A stretch of 50,125 nt of DNA, from IMG/VR virus record IMGVR_UViG_3300025120_000087, positions 1-50,125 of that record; one strand, 5' to 3'. The notes beneath the pieces are model-generated. The model saw nothing but the letters and a program-made list of their open reading frames with translations. It did not search any database and was not told the DNA's origin. The translations under genes were made by a program, and so were the position numbers. Shown piece by piece: positions 8,618-19,231 of the stretch. This DNA is from a virus (taxonomy: Duplodnaviria > Caudoviricetes). How positions within the stretch are numbered: the first letter of the stretch is position 1; the number at the start of each line of letters is the position of its first letter.

Positions 8618-10830
8618 GTTACAAGCAAACGCTATATAAAATAATAGAGCCTGTAAAAAGAACTACTATTAGCCGAATGAATAAAGGCAACAAGTGGAGG
8701 TACGGCTACGATAAAGATCACGATATTGTAGTTATATCTAAAACAGGTAAAATAGGAGATATATACGAAATACAAGGTTTAAAAATAGCTCTACCTAAAG
8801 CTCCAAAAACAGTGCACGCTAATGAAGATAACAAATGGTGTCAAATAGAAAAGCCAAAAGTTCTTGAAAAAATAAAAACTATATTTGATTGGCGAGCTTA
8901 TCCTGAAGAGCAAAAAGAACAATGGTACGATTATATAGATGAAGAATTCAAAAGACGTGACGAGGGTTTCTGGTTTCAAAATGCTAGTATTCCAACTTAT
9001 ATTACAGGAACTCACTACATGTACCTCCAATGGTCTAAAATAGATGTAGGCGCTCCAGACTTTCGTGAGGCTAATAGATTATTTTTTATATTTTGGGAAG
9101 CTTGTAAAGCTGACAAAAGATGTTACGGTATGTGTTATCTTAAAAACAGACGTTCTGGCTTTTCTTTCATGAGCTCTGCTGAAACCGTTAACTTAGCTAC
9201 AATATCGAGTGATAGTAGATATGGAATACTATCTAAAAGTGGTGGTGATGCTAAAAAGATGTTTACTGACAAGGTTGTACCTATATCCATAAACTATCCT
9301 TTTTTCTTCAAACCTATTCAAGATGGTATGGACAGACCTAAGTCTGAACTAGCGTATCGTGTGCCAGCGAGCAAGTTTACTCGTAAAAAAATAGAGGTAA
9401 ACGAAAAGCTAGAAGAGATAAAAGGACTTGACACAACGATTGATTGGAAGAATACAGGTGATAACAGCTATGATGGTGAAAAATTAGCGCTGTTAGTACA
9501 CGATGAAAGCGGTAAGTGGGAAAGACCTGACAACATACTTAACAACTGGCGAGTTACAAAAACTTGTCTTAGATTAGGTGCTAGAGTTGTAGGTAAGTGT
9601 ATGATGGGTTCAACATCTAACGCGTTAGATAAAGGTGGAGATAACTTTAAAAAGCTGTATAATGATTCAGATGTCACTTCTAGAAACCGCAATGGACAAA
9701 CAAAGTCTGGTTTATATTCTTTGTTTATCCCAATGGAATGGAACTATGAGGGATTTATTGATGAGTTTGGACAACCAGTATTTAATAACCCAGATCATGA
9801 TGTATACGGACCCGACGGTGAATTAATAGACATAGGTATTATTGATCACTGGAATAACGAGGCTGATGGATTAAAAGGAGATCAAGATGGTTTAAACGAA
9901 TTTTACCGTCAGTTTCCTAGAACAGAAGAGCATGCTTTTAGAGATGAAGCAAAGAATAGCTTGTTTAACTTAATAAAGATATACGAGCAAATAGATTATA
10001 ATGAAGGCGTTGGTAGTGATTCAACAGTAACAACAGGTAGCTTCCAGTGGGAGAACGGGATAAAAGACAGTAAAGTTATATTTTATCCAGATCCTAGCGG
10101 AAGATTTAAAATAAGCTGGGTACCACCATCAAACCTTCAAAACAAATTTATAACTAAAAATGGAGTTAAATATCCTGGCAATGAACACATGGGCGCTTTT
10201 GGCTGCGATAGTTATGATATTAGTGGTACTGTTGATGGTAGAGGATCCAACGGATCTCTTCATGGACTAACTAAGTTTTCTATGGAAGACTCGCCACCAA
10301 ACCACTTTTTTTTAGAATACATTGCAAGACCACAGACCGCAGAAATATTTTTTGAAGACGTGCTAATGGCCTGCATATTTTACGGTATGCCTATACTAGC
10401 GGAAAACAACAAACCAAGACTTTTGTATCATTTTAAAAGAAGAGGATATAGAGGATTTAGCATGAATAGACCAGACAAGGTTTGGAATAAATTATCTGTT
10501 ACTGAAAAAGAAATAGGTGGGATACCAAACTCTAGCGAAGACATAAAGCAAGCTCATGCGGCTGCTATAGAGATGTATATCAATGACCACGTTGGCCACA
10601 AAGGCGATGGAGTTTATGGTAACATTTATTTTAACGAAACGCTAAACGATTGGGCTAGGTTTGATATAAACAAAAGAACAAAGTTTGATGCCACTATAAG
10701 TTCAGGGCTTGCTGTAATGGCTTGCAATAGACACTTGTATAGACCACACGCAGAATTTAAAAAGCAACCATTAAACATAAGTATTTCTAGATATAGCAAT
10801 ACTGGTAACACATCAAGAATAATAAAATAA
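8614..10830 (+). CDS. terL: Terminase large subunit
   Basis: KNRRSGFS (variant Walker A), LLVHDESGKW (Walker B), MGSTSN, GCDSYD and FDATISSG nuclease acidic residues; precedes the portal. Confidence 0.9.
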   Translation: MSYKQTLYKIIEPVKRTTISRMNKGNKWRYGYDKDHDIVVISKTGKIGDIYEIQGLKIALPKAPKTVHANEDNKWCQIEKPKVLEKIKTIFDWRAYPEEQKEQWYDYIDEEFKRRDEGFWFQNASIPTYITGTHYMYLQWSKIDVGAPDFREANRLFFIFWEACKADKRCYGMCYLKNRRSGFSFMSSAETVNLATISSDSRYGILSKSGGDAKKMFTDKVVPISINYPFFFKPIQDGMDRPKSELAYRVPASKFTRKKIEVNEKLEEIKGLDTTIDWKNTGDNSYDGEKLALLVHDESGKWERPDNILNNWRVTKTCLRLGARVVGKCMMGSTSNALDKGGDNFKKLYNDSDVTSRNRNGQTKSGLYSLFIPMEWNYEGFIDEFGQPVFNNPDHDVYGPDGELIDIGIIDHWNNEADGLKGDQDGLNEFYRQFPRTEEHAFRDEAKNSLFNLIKIYEQIDYNEGVGSDSTVTTGSFQWENGIKDSKVIFYPDPSGRFKISWVPPSNLQNKFITKNGVKYPGNEHMGAFGCDSYDISGTVDGRGSNGSLHGLTKFSMEDSPPNHFFLEYIARPQTAEIFFEDVLMACIFYGMPILAENNKPRLLYHFKRRGYRGFSMNRPDKVWNKLSVTEKEIGGIPNSSEDIKQAHAAAIEMYINDHVGHKGDGVYGNIYFNETLNDWARFDINKRTKFDATISSGLAVMACNRHLYRPHAEFKKQPLNISISRYSNTGNTSRIIK

Positions 10831-10834
10831 AAAT

Positions 10835-13258
10835 ATGGCAGAGTCTGTTGTAAAGAGTTATTTTCCAAGTCAAGTAGTTAGCGATGCTGAAAAGTTAAGC
10901 TATGACTACGGTTTAAAAGTTGCGAAAGCAATAGAAACAGAGTGGTTTCATAATGACAGAAACCACAATAGGTATCAGAACAATTTAAACGACTTTCATA
11001 AATTAAGGCTGTACGCTAGGGGAGAGCAATCAGTTCAAAAATATAAAGACGAGTTATCAATAAATGGAGACTTGTCTTATTTAAACCTAGACTGGACACC
11101 TGTTCCAATAATCCCTAAGTTTGTTGATATTGTAGTTAACGGTATAGCTGATAGGGCTTTTGAAATAAAAGCTTATTCGCAAGATGAGTATGGAGTTTCT
11201 AAAAGAACAGAATATATGCAGAGTATTCTTGATGATATGGCTGCTAAAGAAATGAATGACTTCGTGGCTGATGAGTTTGGTATTAACTTATATCAAAACG
11301 ATCCTGAAACTTTACCAGAAAACAACGAAGAGCTAGAGCTGCACATGCAGTTAAACTACAAGCAAGCCGTAGAAATAGCTGAAGAGCAAGCTTTAAACGT
11401 TTTGCTTGAAGGTAATAATTACGACTTAATAAAGAAAAGACTATACTACGACTTAACAGTATTAGGTATTGGCGCTGTTAAAACTGATTTTACTACGTCT
11501 GAAGGTGTTACTATAGACTATGTTGATCCAGCTGATTTAGTTTACTCTTATACTGAATCGCCATATTTTGATGATATATACTATGTTGGAGAAGTTAAGA
11601 CAATACCTATTAACGAGCTCGCTAAGCAGTTTCCTTATTTAACGCAAGAAGACTTAGAAGAAATACAACAGTCTGGCTATGCTCAAACAAACTCTTATCA
11701 AAGCGGGCCTAGATACGAAGAGTCTGACAGAAATAAAGTTCAAGTTTTATATTTTAATTATAAAACACATATGAACGAGGTTTACAAAGTAAAAGAAACT
11801 GGAAGTGGAGCTGACAAGCTTATAGAAAAAGATGATAGTTTTAATCCTCCTGCTGAAGCTGAAGGAAATTTTTCAAAACTTGAAAGAGCTATTGAAACTC
11901 TATATGAAGGCGCTTTAATACTTGGAACTAACAAGCTGTTAAAGTGGGAGATGTCTGACAACATGATGAGATCTAAAAGTAATTTTACTAAGGTTAAAAT
12001 GAACTATAGTATTGTTGCTCCTCGTATGTATAAAGGTCGCATAGAATCTTTAGTAAAGCGTATAACTGGATTTGCTGATATGATACAGCTTACTCACTTA
12101 AAGTTGCAGCAAGTAATGTCGCGTATGGTTCCAGACGGCGTTTATTTAGATGCCGATGGTTTAGCAGAAGTTGATTTAGGTAATGGTACAAACTACAATC
12201 CACAAGAAGCTTTAAACATGTTCTTCCAAACAGGTTCTGTTATTGGTAGGTCATTTACAAGTGAAGGTGATATGAATCCAGGTAAAGTGCCTATTCAAGA
12301 AATTACATCTGGATCAGGAGGTAACAAAATAAACGCTTTAATAGGTAATTACAACTATTACTTGCAGATGATACGTGACGTAACCGGGCTTAATGAAGCT
12401 CGTGATGGTAGTACGCCTGATGAAAGAGCTTTAGTTGGTATCCAAAAAATGGCCGCCGCAAACAGTAATACAGCCACAAGACATATATTAGATTCAGGTT
12501 TATTTTTAACAGCTGAAACCGCAGAAAAGCTTTCGCTTCGTATATCTGACATTATAGAATATTCTCCTACAAAAGAAGCTTTTATACAAAGCATAGGCGT
12601 ACACAATGTTGCTACGCTAAAAGAAATGTCTGAGCTTCATTTATATGACTTTGGTATATTTTTAGATTTAGCTCCAGATGAAGAGCAAAAAGCTTTATTA
12701 GAAAATAACATCCAGCAAGCGTTAGCTCAGAAAACTATAGATATAGAAGACGCTATAGATCTTAGAGATATATCTAACATTAAAGTAGCTAATCAACTAC
12801 TTAAGCTTAGAAGAAACAAAAAGCAACAACAAGATCAGCAAGCGCAGCAGCAAAATATACAAGCTCAAGCGCAGGCTAATGTTCAACAGCAACAAGCCGC
12901 CGCTCAACTAGAAATTCAAAAGCAACAAGCTTTAAAACAAGCAGAAGCTCAATTGCTGCAAATGCAGTCTCAATTAGACGCTGGTAAAATGCAAGCTGAA
13001 ACACAAATGAAAGCTCAATTAGCTGCTCAGAAGTTTCAATATGACATGCAATTAAAATCTTTAGAATCTAGCGTATTAAAAGATAGAGAAAAAACTAAAG
13101 AAGACAGAAAAGACGAAAGAACTAAAATACAAGCCACTCAGCAGTCAGAAATGATTGATCAAAGAAAATCAGGCAAACCACCTAAAAACTTTGAGCAAAC
13201 GAGTAATGATATACTTGAAGGTGGATTTGATTTAGGACCTATTGATCTTAATAGATAA
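10835..13258 (+). CDS. Portal protein
   Basis: 807 aa directly after TerL; PIIPKFVDIVV, IRDVTGLNEARDGS; Q-rich C-terminal coiled coil as in podovirus portals. Confidence 0.85.
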   Translation: MAESVVKSYFPSQVVSDAEKLSYDYGLKVAKAIETEWFHNDRNHNRYQNNLNDFHKLRLYARGEQSVQKYKDELSINGDLSYLNLDWTPVPIIPKFVDIVVNGIADRAFEIKAYSQDEYGVSKRTEYMQSILDDMAAKEMNDFVADEFGINLYQNDPETLPENNEELELHMQLNYKQAVEIAEEQALNVLLEGNNYDLIKKRLYYDLTVLGIGAVKTDFTTSEGVTIDYVDPADLVYSYTESPYFDDIYYVGEVKTIPINELAKQFPYLTQEDLEEIQQSGYAQTNSYQSGPRYEESDRNKVQVLYFNYKTHMNEVYKVKETGSGADKLIEKDDSFNPPAEAEGNFSKLERAIETLYEGALILGTNKLLKWEMSDNMMRSKSNFTKVKMNYSIVAPRMYKGRIESLVKRITGFADMIQLTHLKLQQVMSRMVPDGVYLDADGLAEVDLGNGTNYNPQEALNMFFQTGSVIGRSFTSEGDMNPGKVPIQEITSGSGGNKINALIGNYNYYLQMIRDVTGLNEARDGSTPDERALVGIQKMAAANSNTATRHILDSGLFLTAETAEKLSLRISDIIEYSPTKEAFIQSIGVHNVATLKEMSELHLYDFGIFLDLAPDEEQKALLENNIQQALAQKTIDIEDAIDLRDISNIKVANQLLKLRRNKKQQQDQQAQQQNIQAQAQANVQQQQAAAQLEIQKQQALKQAEAQLLQMQSQLDAGKMQAETQMKAQLAAQKFQYDMQLKSLESSVLKDREKTKEDRKDERTKIQATQQSEMIDQRKSGKPPKNFEQTSNDILEGGFDLGPIDLNR

Positions 13259-13279
13259 CACTAACTTATATTTTATATT

Positions 13280-14473
13280 ATGGAAGAAAATGAAAACGTA
13301 GTTGAAGAAACTACACAAGAACAAACTGTAGATACAGTTGATGAAAGTAAGTTTGAAAGCGCTGGCGATGACAGTGTAATCAAAATAGATTTAGACAAAC
13401 CAATTAAAGATGAAAAACCAGAAGAAACAACAGAAGCTGCAGATGGCCCAGCTGACGACACAGGAGTGGTTGGAAGCGATGAAAGTGCCGACGCCACACC
13501 GGAACAAGAAGAAGTACAGCCGGAAGCTAAAGCACAAGACGCAGTACTAGAAGAAGTAACTGAAGAAGAAGTAAAAGAAGAAGTTGAGCAGGTTACAGAA
13601 GAAGTAGAAGAAGCTATAGCTGAAGCTAAAGAGACTGGAAAACCATTACCAGAAAACGTTCAAAAGTTAGTTGACTTTATGAACGATACGGGTGGTGATA
13701 TAGAAGACTATGTGAAGTTGAATAAAGATTATTCAAATCTAGACAACTTAAGTCTTTTAAAAGAATACTATAAGCAAACTAAACCTCATCTAGACTTAGA
13801 AGAAATAAACTTCATGATGGAAGATCAATTCGCTTTTGATGAAGAGATAGACGAGGAAAGAGATATAAAAAGAAAGAAATTAGCTTTGAAAGAGCAAGTT
13901 GCTCAAGCAAAGAACCACTTGGAAAGTGTAAAATCCAAATACTATGAAGACATCAAATACGGCTCTAAGTTGACACAAGATCAGCAAAAAGCCGTTGATT
14001 TCTTTAATAGATATAACAAAGAGTCGGAAGACAACAGGAAAGTAGCTGAAAAACAGCAAAGAACGTTTTTAAACAAGACTAGTCAACTATTCAACAAAGA
14101 CTTCAAAGGTTTTGAATACAATGTTGGAGATAAAAAGTACAGGTTTAATGTTAGAAACGCTGACGCTGTTAAAGATACTCAAAGCGATATTAATAACTTC
14201 ATAGGAAAGTTTCTTAATGAAAGTAATGAAATACAAGATGCTAAGGGTTATCACAAAGGTTTATTCACAGCTATGAACGCTGACGCTGTAGCGCAGCATT
14301 TCTACGAGCAAGGTAAAGCTGACGCACTCAAGGAGAGCGTTGCTAAATCTAAAAATGTTAACATGGACCCAAGACAACAGTTTACAGGACCAATTAACAC
14401 TGGTGGAATGAAAGCTAGAGTTTTAGGTGATAGTTCTTCTGATTTTAAGTTTAAAATTAAAAATAGAAAATAA
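13280..14473 (+). CDS. Putative capsid scaffolding protein
   Basis: Highly acidic N-terminus and helical body; lies between portal and capsid genes. Confidence 0.7.
   Translation: MEENENVVEETTQEQTVDTVDESKFESAGDDSVIKIDLDKPIKDEKPEETTEAADGPADDTGVVGSDESADATPEQEEVQPEAKAQDAVLEEVTEEEVKEEVEQVTEEVEEAIAEAKETGKPLPENVQKLVDFMNDTGGDIEDYVKLNKDYSNLDNLSLLKEYYKQTKPHLDLEEINFMMEDQFAFDEEIDEERDIKRKKLALKEQVAQAKNHLESVKSKYYEDIKYGSKLTQDQQKAVDFFNRYNKESEDNRKVAEKQQRTFLNKTSQLFNKDFKGFEYNVGDKKYRFNVRNADAVKDTQSDINNFIGKFLNESNEIQDAKGYHKGLFTAMNADAVAQHFYEQGKADALKESVAKSKNVNMDPRQQFTGPINTGGMKARVLGDSSSDFKFKIKNRK
13410..13550 (+). CDS. Nested +1-frame ORF (46 aa) with an ArfA-like basic C-terminal motif
   Basis: Read manually: MKNQKKQQKLQMAQLTTQEWLEAMKVPTPHRNKKKYSRKLKHKTQY*, leader CCAATTAAAG-ATG. 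Confidence 0.6.
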   Translation: MKNQKKQQKLQMAQLTTQEWLEAMKVPTPHRNKKKYSRKLKHKTQY

Positions 14474-14500
14474 ATTATTTAACGCTTAAAATTTAAAATT

Positions 14501-15982
14501 ATGTCAATTTCAAATCCTGGTAATTTGTTAAACAGTACTCCTGGTCCAATCCAGCAAGCTACTGCAGCAAACTACCTAGATCTTTCAACCAGTGCTGGTT
14601 GGGGTCAACAATACGTTCCAGATTTAATGGAAAAAGAAGCTGAGGTTTTTGGACCTCGTACAATTTCTGGTTTCTTAAATCAAGTTGGAGCAGAAGAGGC
14701 AATGACTGCTGATCAAGTTATTTGGTCTGAGCAGGGTCGCTTACACTTATCTTATACATGTTCAATCACTGACGTTGATGATGGTGCTTCTACAAATGGT
14801 GGTGAAATAACTATTACTGATCATATTGATACTAATGCGACTTACGTTTCAGGTTCTCACGGTGTAAGAGTTAACGATACTATTATCGTTGCTACTTCGG
14901 CTGCTGTACTAAAATGTTTAGTGGTTAAAGTTGTAGGTAACGTGCTAGATGTAGAGCCTTACGGCGCTGCTAACATTACATCTCTTGGAGAAGGTAACAC
15001 TGGTACATTATTAGTTTATGGTTCTGAATTTGCAAAAGGTAAATCATACAACTCTCAAGTAGCTGCTGCTGCTGATAGAAGAGAAGCTAATGAGCCTAAG
15101 TTTAACACTTTTAGTAACAAGCCTATCATTATAAAAGACTATTACGAAGTTAATGGTTCTGATGCTTCTAAAATTGGTTGGGTAGAGGTTTCTACTGAAA
15201 GCGGACAAGGCGGTTACCTATGGTACTTAAAAGCTGAAGCTGATACAAGAGCACGTTTCACTGATTATTTAGAAATGGCAATGTTAGAAGGTGAATTAGG
15301 TGTGGCTGGTACAGACGATGTTGCAGATTTCTTGTCTGGCGCAGATACTGACTCTTCAGGTACGCAAGGTTTATTTGCTGCTATTGAGTCAAGAGGTAAT
15401 GTTACTACTGGTGTTACTGGTGTTAACGCTGCTACTGATCTAGCTGAATTTGACGCTATTTTAGCTGAATTCGACAAGCAAGGTGCTATCGAAGAAAACA
15501 TGATGTTTGTTAATCGTTCAACTAGCTTAGCTATTGACGATATGCTAGCTTCTATGAACTCTTACGGTGCTGGTGGTACATCTTACGGTGTATTCAACAA
15601 CTCTGAAGATATGGCATTAAACCTAGGCTTTTCTGGTTTCCGTAGAGGATCTTACGACTTCTATAAGTCTGACTTCCGTTACTTAAACGACAAAGCTACT
15701 CGTGGTGGTATCAACGATGCTGCTGGTGCTAATGCGATCAGAGGGGTTGTAATTCCTGCTGGTTCTTCATCTGTTTATGATCAAACTGTTGGTGCTTCAA
15801 TTAAGCGTCCGTTCTTACACGTACGTTATAGAGCTTCTCAAACTGATGATCGTAGAATGAAGACTTGGGTTACTGGATCTGTAGGAGCTGCTACATCAGC
15901 TTTAGACATGATGCAACTTCACTTCTTATCAGAAAGATGTTTGATCACTCAAGGTGCAAACAACTTTATGTTAATGAAGTAA
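14501..15982 (+). CDS. Major capsid protein
   Basis: 493 aa after the scaffold, strongly biased codons (GCT/GGT/TTC/AAC), followed by a strong terminator. Confidence 0.85.
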   Translation: MSISNPGNLLNSTPGPIQQATAANYLDLSTSAGWGQQYVPDLMEKEAEVFGPRTISGFLNQVGAEEAMTADQVIWSEQGRLHLSYTCSITDVDDGASTNGGEITITDHIDTNATYVSGSHGVRVNDTIIVATSAAVLKCLVVKVVGNVLDVEPYGAANITSLGEGNTGTLLVYGSEFAKGKSYNSQVAAAADRREANEPKFNTFSNKPIIIKDYYEVNGSDASKIGWVEVSTESGQGGYLWYLKAEADTRARFTDYLEMAMLEGELGVAGTDDVADFLSGADTDSSGTQGLFAAIESRGNVTTGVTGVNAATDLAEFDAILAEFDKQGAIEENMMFVNRSTSLAIDDMLASMNSYGAGGTSYGVFNNSEDMALNLGFSGFRRGSYDFYKSDFRYLNDKATRGGINDAAGANAIRGVVIPAGSSSVYDQTVGASIKRPFLHVRYRASQTDDRRMKTWVTGSVGAATSALDMMQLHFLSERCLITQGANNFMLMK

Positions 15983-15990
15983 AACACTTT

Positions 15991-16025
15991 AAGCTACCTC
16001 GCCTTCGGGTGGGGTAGTTTTTTTT
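15991..16025 (+). terminator. Rho-independent terminator after the capsid gene
   Basis: GCTACCTCGCC-TTCG-GGTGGGGTAGT hairpin followed by a T run. Confidence 0.9.
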
Positions 16026-16048
16026 ATTAATTTTTATTATATTATATT

Positions 16049-16870
16049 ATGGCAAAAAAACAAACAAAGAAGGTTGATGCAGCACCTGAAGTAAAAGCTG
16101 CAAACGAAATGGTTGAGGTTAAAATTAATCCTGAACCTAAAAAACCAAGTTGGGAGATAAAAGATAAAGTTTATTATTTAAAAGGAAATAAAAAACCAAT
16201 ATCTTACATGCTTAAAACAAACGGGATTTATTATTTTGACGAAGAAAAAGGTTACGAAAGAGAGTTAAAATATTGTCAAAATCAAAGAACACCTTTTGTC
16301 GACGAAATGGTTGGAGATCAAAGGCTAGAGCATGTTGTTTTTAGAAACGGAGCTTTATTCGTACCTAAAAACAAAACAGTTTTACAAAAGCTTTTATCTT
16401 TGTATCACCCGCATAATGGAACTATTTTCTACGAACATAAACCTGAAGCTGTTGCTGCAGATGAAATAGAAGTACTAGAAATGGAAGCTGATGCAATATT
16501 AATGGCTAGACAAATAGACATTGACATGGCTGAAGCTATAATGCGAGTAGAGAAAGGATCTGGAGTGTCTAAGATGAGCTCTAAAGAGCTTAAAAGAGAT
16601 TTACTGCTATTCGCTCGAAACAATCCTGTTTTATTCTTAGAGTTGGCGGCTGATGATAATGTTCAGCTTAGAAACTTTGGTATTAAAGCTGTAGAAGAAG
16701 GGATTATTAAACTATCCGCCGATCAACGTAATTTTATATGGGGATCTAATGATAGAAAAATAATGACCGTACCGTTTGACGAGCACCCATATACCGCTCT
16801 TGCACATTGGTTTAAAACTGATGAAGGCATGGAGATATATTCAAATATTGAAAAGCGTTTAAACGCGTAA
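16049..16870 (+). CDS. Conserved-type hypothetical protein downstream of the capsid gene
   Basis: ORF track; position matches the gene after MCP in crAss-like layouts. Confidence 0.75.
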   Translation: MAKKQTKKVDAAPEVKAANEMVEVKINPEPKKPSWEIKDKVYYLKGNKKPISYMLKTNGIYYFDEEKGYERELKYCQNQRTPFVDEMVGDQRLEHVVFRNGALFVPKNKTVLQKLLSLYHPHNGTIFYEHKPEAVAADEIEVLEMEADAILMARQIDIDMAEAIMRVEKGSGVSKMSSKELKRDLLLFARNNPVLFLELAADDNVQLRNFGIKAVEEGIIKLSADQRNFIWGSNDRKIMTVPFDEHPYTALAHWFKTDEGMEIYSNIEKRLNA

Positions 16871-16882
16871 CCATATATAGTG

Positions 16883-16913
16883 GAGCAGCCACTCTTCTAT
16901 AGGGTGGTTGCTT
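16883..16913 (+). other. Intergenic stem-loop without a U-tract
   Basis: GAGCAGCCACTCT-TCTAT-AGGGTGGTTGCTT, 13 bp with G-U pairs. Confidence 0.65.
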
Positions 16914-16932
16914 AACTATAAAATAAAACATA

Positions 16933-17679
16933 ATGGCGGGACAACTTGCAAATATAAACACAGTATATCAAACAGTTTTAGCGTTAGCTAATAAAGAGCA
17001 AAGAGGATATATAACGCCTCAAGAATTTAACTTGTTCGCCAAACAAGCTCAGATGGAAATATTTGAGCAGTATTTTTTTGATTTAGATCAATTTAGAAGA
17101 GGTATAAGAGGAGCTGAATCTGATTTTACCCCTAATATTCAAACAGCGGTAGAGCAAAAACTCTCTAAATTTTTAACTTCAGCTCCAGCTGGAGAAGTTG
17201 CTCCTGGAGCTTTTAGTATTCCAACAAACTGCTATAAGCTATCAACAGTATCTGTCACTAAGTCTGCCCAAAACTATGGTTGTGTGGCAGACATGCTGGA
17301 TCATGATGAAGCTATTAAAATTTTAAATAGTGGATATTTAACTAGACCTACTTCTAATAGACCTATATGCTACATAAAAGGCTACGAGTCTAGCCACTTG
17401 TTATATGTAGCGCCATATGATCCAAGCACATCTACAGGCGTAATTTTATCTTATTTTGTAGCTCCAAAAGATCCTAACTGGACATATATAGTTGTTAACG
17501 AGAAAGCTATATTTGCAAATAACAATAATTCTCTTCAAAACTTTCAACTTGACAAATCTGAAGAGAGAAATTTAATATTAAAAATACTTCAGTTAGCCGG
17601 CATAGCTATAAAAGAGTTTTCTTTAGCACAAGCCGCTGCACAAGCTGACAGCAACGTTGTAATGCAACAAAAAAGATAA
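16933..17679 (+). CDS. Putative tail ring / head-tail adaptor protein
   Basis: NKEQRGYITPQEFNLFAKQAQ N-terminal helices, adaptor-like size and position. Confidence 0.6.
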   Translation: MAGQLANINTVYQTVLALANKEQRGYITPQEFNLFAKQAQMEIFEQYFFDLDQFRRGIRGAESDFTPNIQTAVEQKLSKFLTSAPAGEVAPGAFSIPTNCYKLSTVSVTKSAQNYGCVADMLDHDEAIKILNSGYLTRPTSNRPICYIKGYESSHLLYVAPYDPSTSTGVILSYFVAPKDPNWTYIVVNEKAIFANNNNSLQNFQLDKSEERNLILKILQLAGIAIKEFSLAQAAAQADSNVVMQQKR

Positions 17680-17683
17680 ATAA

Positions 17684-19228
17684 ATGGGTTATATAAACGA
17701 TACAGATTACAATTACTATGAAGGTAGCAACTTAGGCGGTTATCAGTTTGTTTCTATAGACGATATTGTTAGCCAGTTTATGGTTGCTTACGTTGGTGAA
17801 GAAAAGTTAATATCAAAAGTAAATAGAACAGACGTTCAGTTTCACGCGTATAGAGCTTTAGCAGAACTTTCTTTTGATACGTTTAGATCTTTTAAGGCTC
17901 AGCAAATAGACGTGCCACCTAGCTTAACCATGAGGCTTCCAAAAGACTATGTTAACTATACTAAGGTAAGTTGGGTAGACTCTGCAGGTATAAAACATCC
18001 TTTATATCCTACTAAGCACACTTCAAACCCTTATCAAATAGAGCAAGAATCTGACGGAGACTACACTTACTCTACGGCTATAGACTCTTTTGTGCTTTCA
18101 AAAGCTAATGGTTGGGTTGTTAATGGCTTCAAGTCTGGTGGTCGAACTGCTGCTACGCACATATTTGCTGATACAGACGAATTAGTTGTTAAACAACATT
18201 TTATTCAAAGATTTAAACTAGGATCTTATGTAACGTATTGCTACAAGGCCATAGATGTTTCTGAATATGTAGGAGCTTCATTAACAGCAACAGCTGTTTC
18301 AGCTGCAGCTTCTACTTTAGTTTTAGATGGAAGTGAAAGTGAGCCTGTAAACGCTACTACGTTAGCTAACGCCGGCACTTACGCTCAACCTGCCACTACA
18401 GTCAGAGTTGGGTTAAGCTCTACCCCTCCAGACGCTCCAGACGCTAGTGGACTTATTAATCTTAGAGAAATACCAGCGCCTGGTCAGCCGAGCGCCCTAC
18501 ACAGAGATCCAGGCTACTTTGACTTAGGATATATAGAATGGACGGCTGGCGAAACTGGACAAAAAGTTTTAGGTGAAGATGAAGAGTTAAATTTCGGTAA
18601 TTTAGATCAAGCCTACTTAGTAATAGTTTGTATTGCTCCGTACGAATTAAGTCAAACTGATATTAGTGGGGTTTCTAGTGTAAGTACGAACAATTTTGTT
18701 CAGTCTACTATTTCTGGTATATCATTAGAGTCTGTGGTGCCTTCAGCTAATATAAGCTCTACTAACGAGCAAGAATCATCTACATTTACTAGCTTTAAGT
18801 CTATGACGCCTAGCGAAAACGAAAATGATGATTACAAGAACGATGATTATCAAAGGGTGCCAGACGAAAGATACGGTTTAGATCCAGCTCACGCGCAGAC
18901 TAACGGTTCTTTTTATGTTGATCAAAGATTAGGTAAAATAAACTTTAGCTCTAATATTTCTGGAAAAACTGTAATATTAGATTACATAAGCGATAGTCTT
19001 GGCACTGACGGAGAGATGCAAGTTCATAAGTTTGCGGAAGACGCTATGTATAAATGGATTTCTTATGGCGTATTGTCTTCTAAAGCTAACATACCAGAAT
19101 ACGTAGTAAGAAGAGCAAAAAAAGAAAAGTTTGCCGCTACTAGGCAGGCTAAGCTAAGGCTCTCTAATATTAAGCTTGAAGAGATTACCCAAACACTTAG
19201 AGGAAAGTCTAAGCAAATAAAACACTAG
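17684..19228 (+). CDS. Putative tail ring/tubular protein with a central insertion
   Basis: RALAELSFD...LPKDYVNY N-terminal block, helical basic C-terminus, S/T/A-rich middle. Confidence 0.6.
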   Translation: MGYINDTDYNYYEGSNLGGYQFVSIDDIVSQFMVAYVGEEKLISKVNRTDVQFHAYRALAELSFDTFRSFKAQQIDVPPSLTMRLPKDYVNYTKVSWVDSAGIKHPLYPTKHTSNPYQIEQESDGDYTYSTAIDSFVLSKANGWVVNGFKSGGRTAATHIFADTDELVVKQHFIQRFKLGSYVTYCYKAIDVSEYVGASLTATAVSAAASTLVLDGSESEPVNATTLANAGTYAQPATTVRVGLSSTPPDAPDASGLINLREIPAPGQPSALHRDPGYFDLGYIEWTAGETGQKVLGEDEELNFGNLDQAYLVIVCIAPYELSQTDISGVSSVSTNNFVQSTISGISLESVVPSANISSTNEQESSTFTSFKSMTPSENENDDYKNDDYQRVPDERYGLDPAHAQTNGSFYVDQRLGKINFSSNISGKTVILDYISDSLGTDGEMQVHKFAEDAMYKWISYGVLSSKANIPEYVVRRAKKEKFAATRQAKLRLSNIKLEEITQTLRGKSKQIKH

Positions 19229-19231
19229 TAA

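Noticed and set aside
8614-10830. Intein/intron in, or inactivation of, the terminase
   Set aside because: ORF is continuous with no splicing motifs seen. The RRSGFS Walker A variant is recalled from related Bacteroidota phage terminases, so it is not taken as loss of function.
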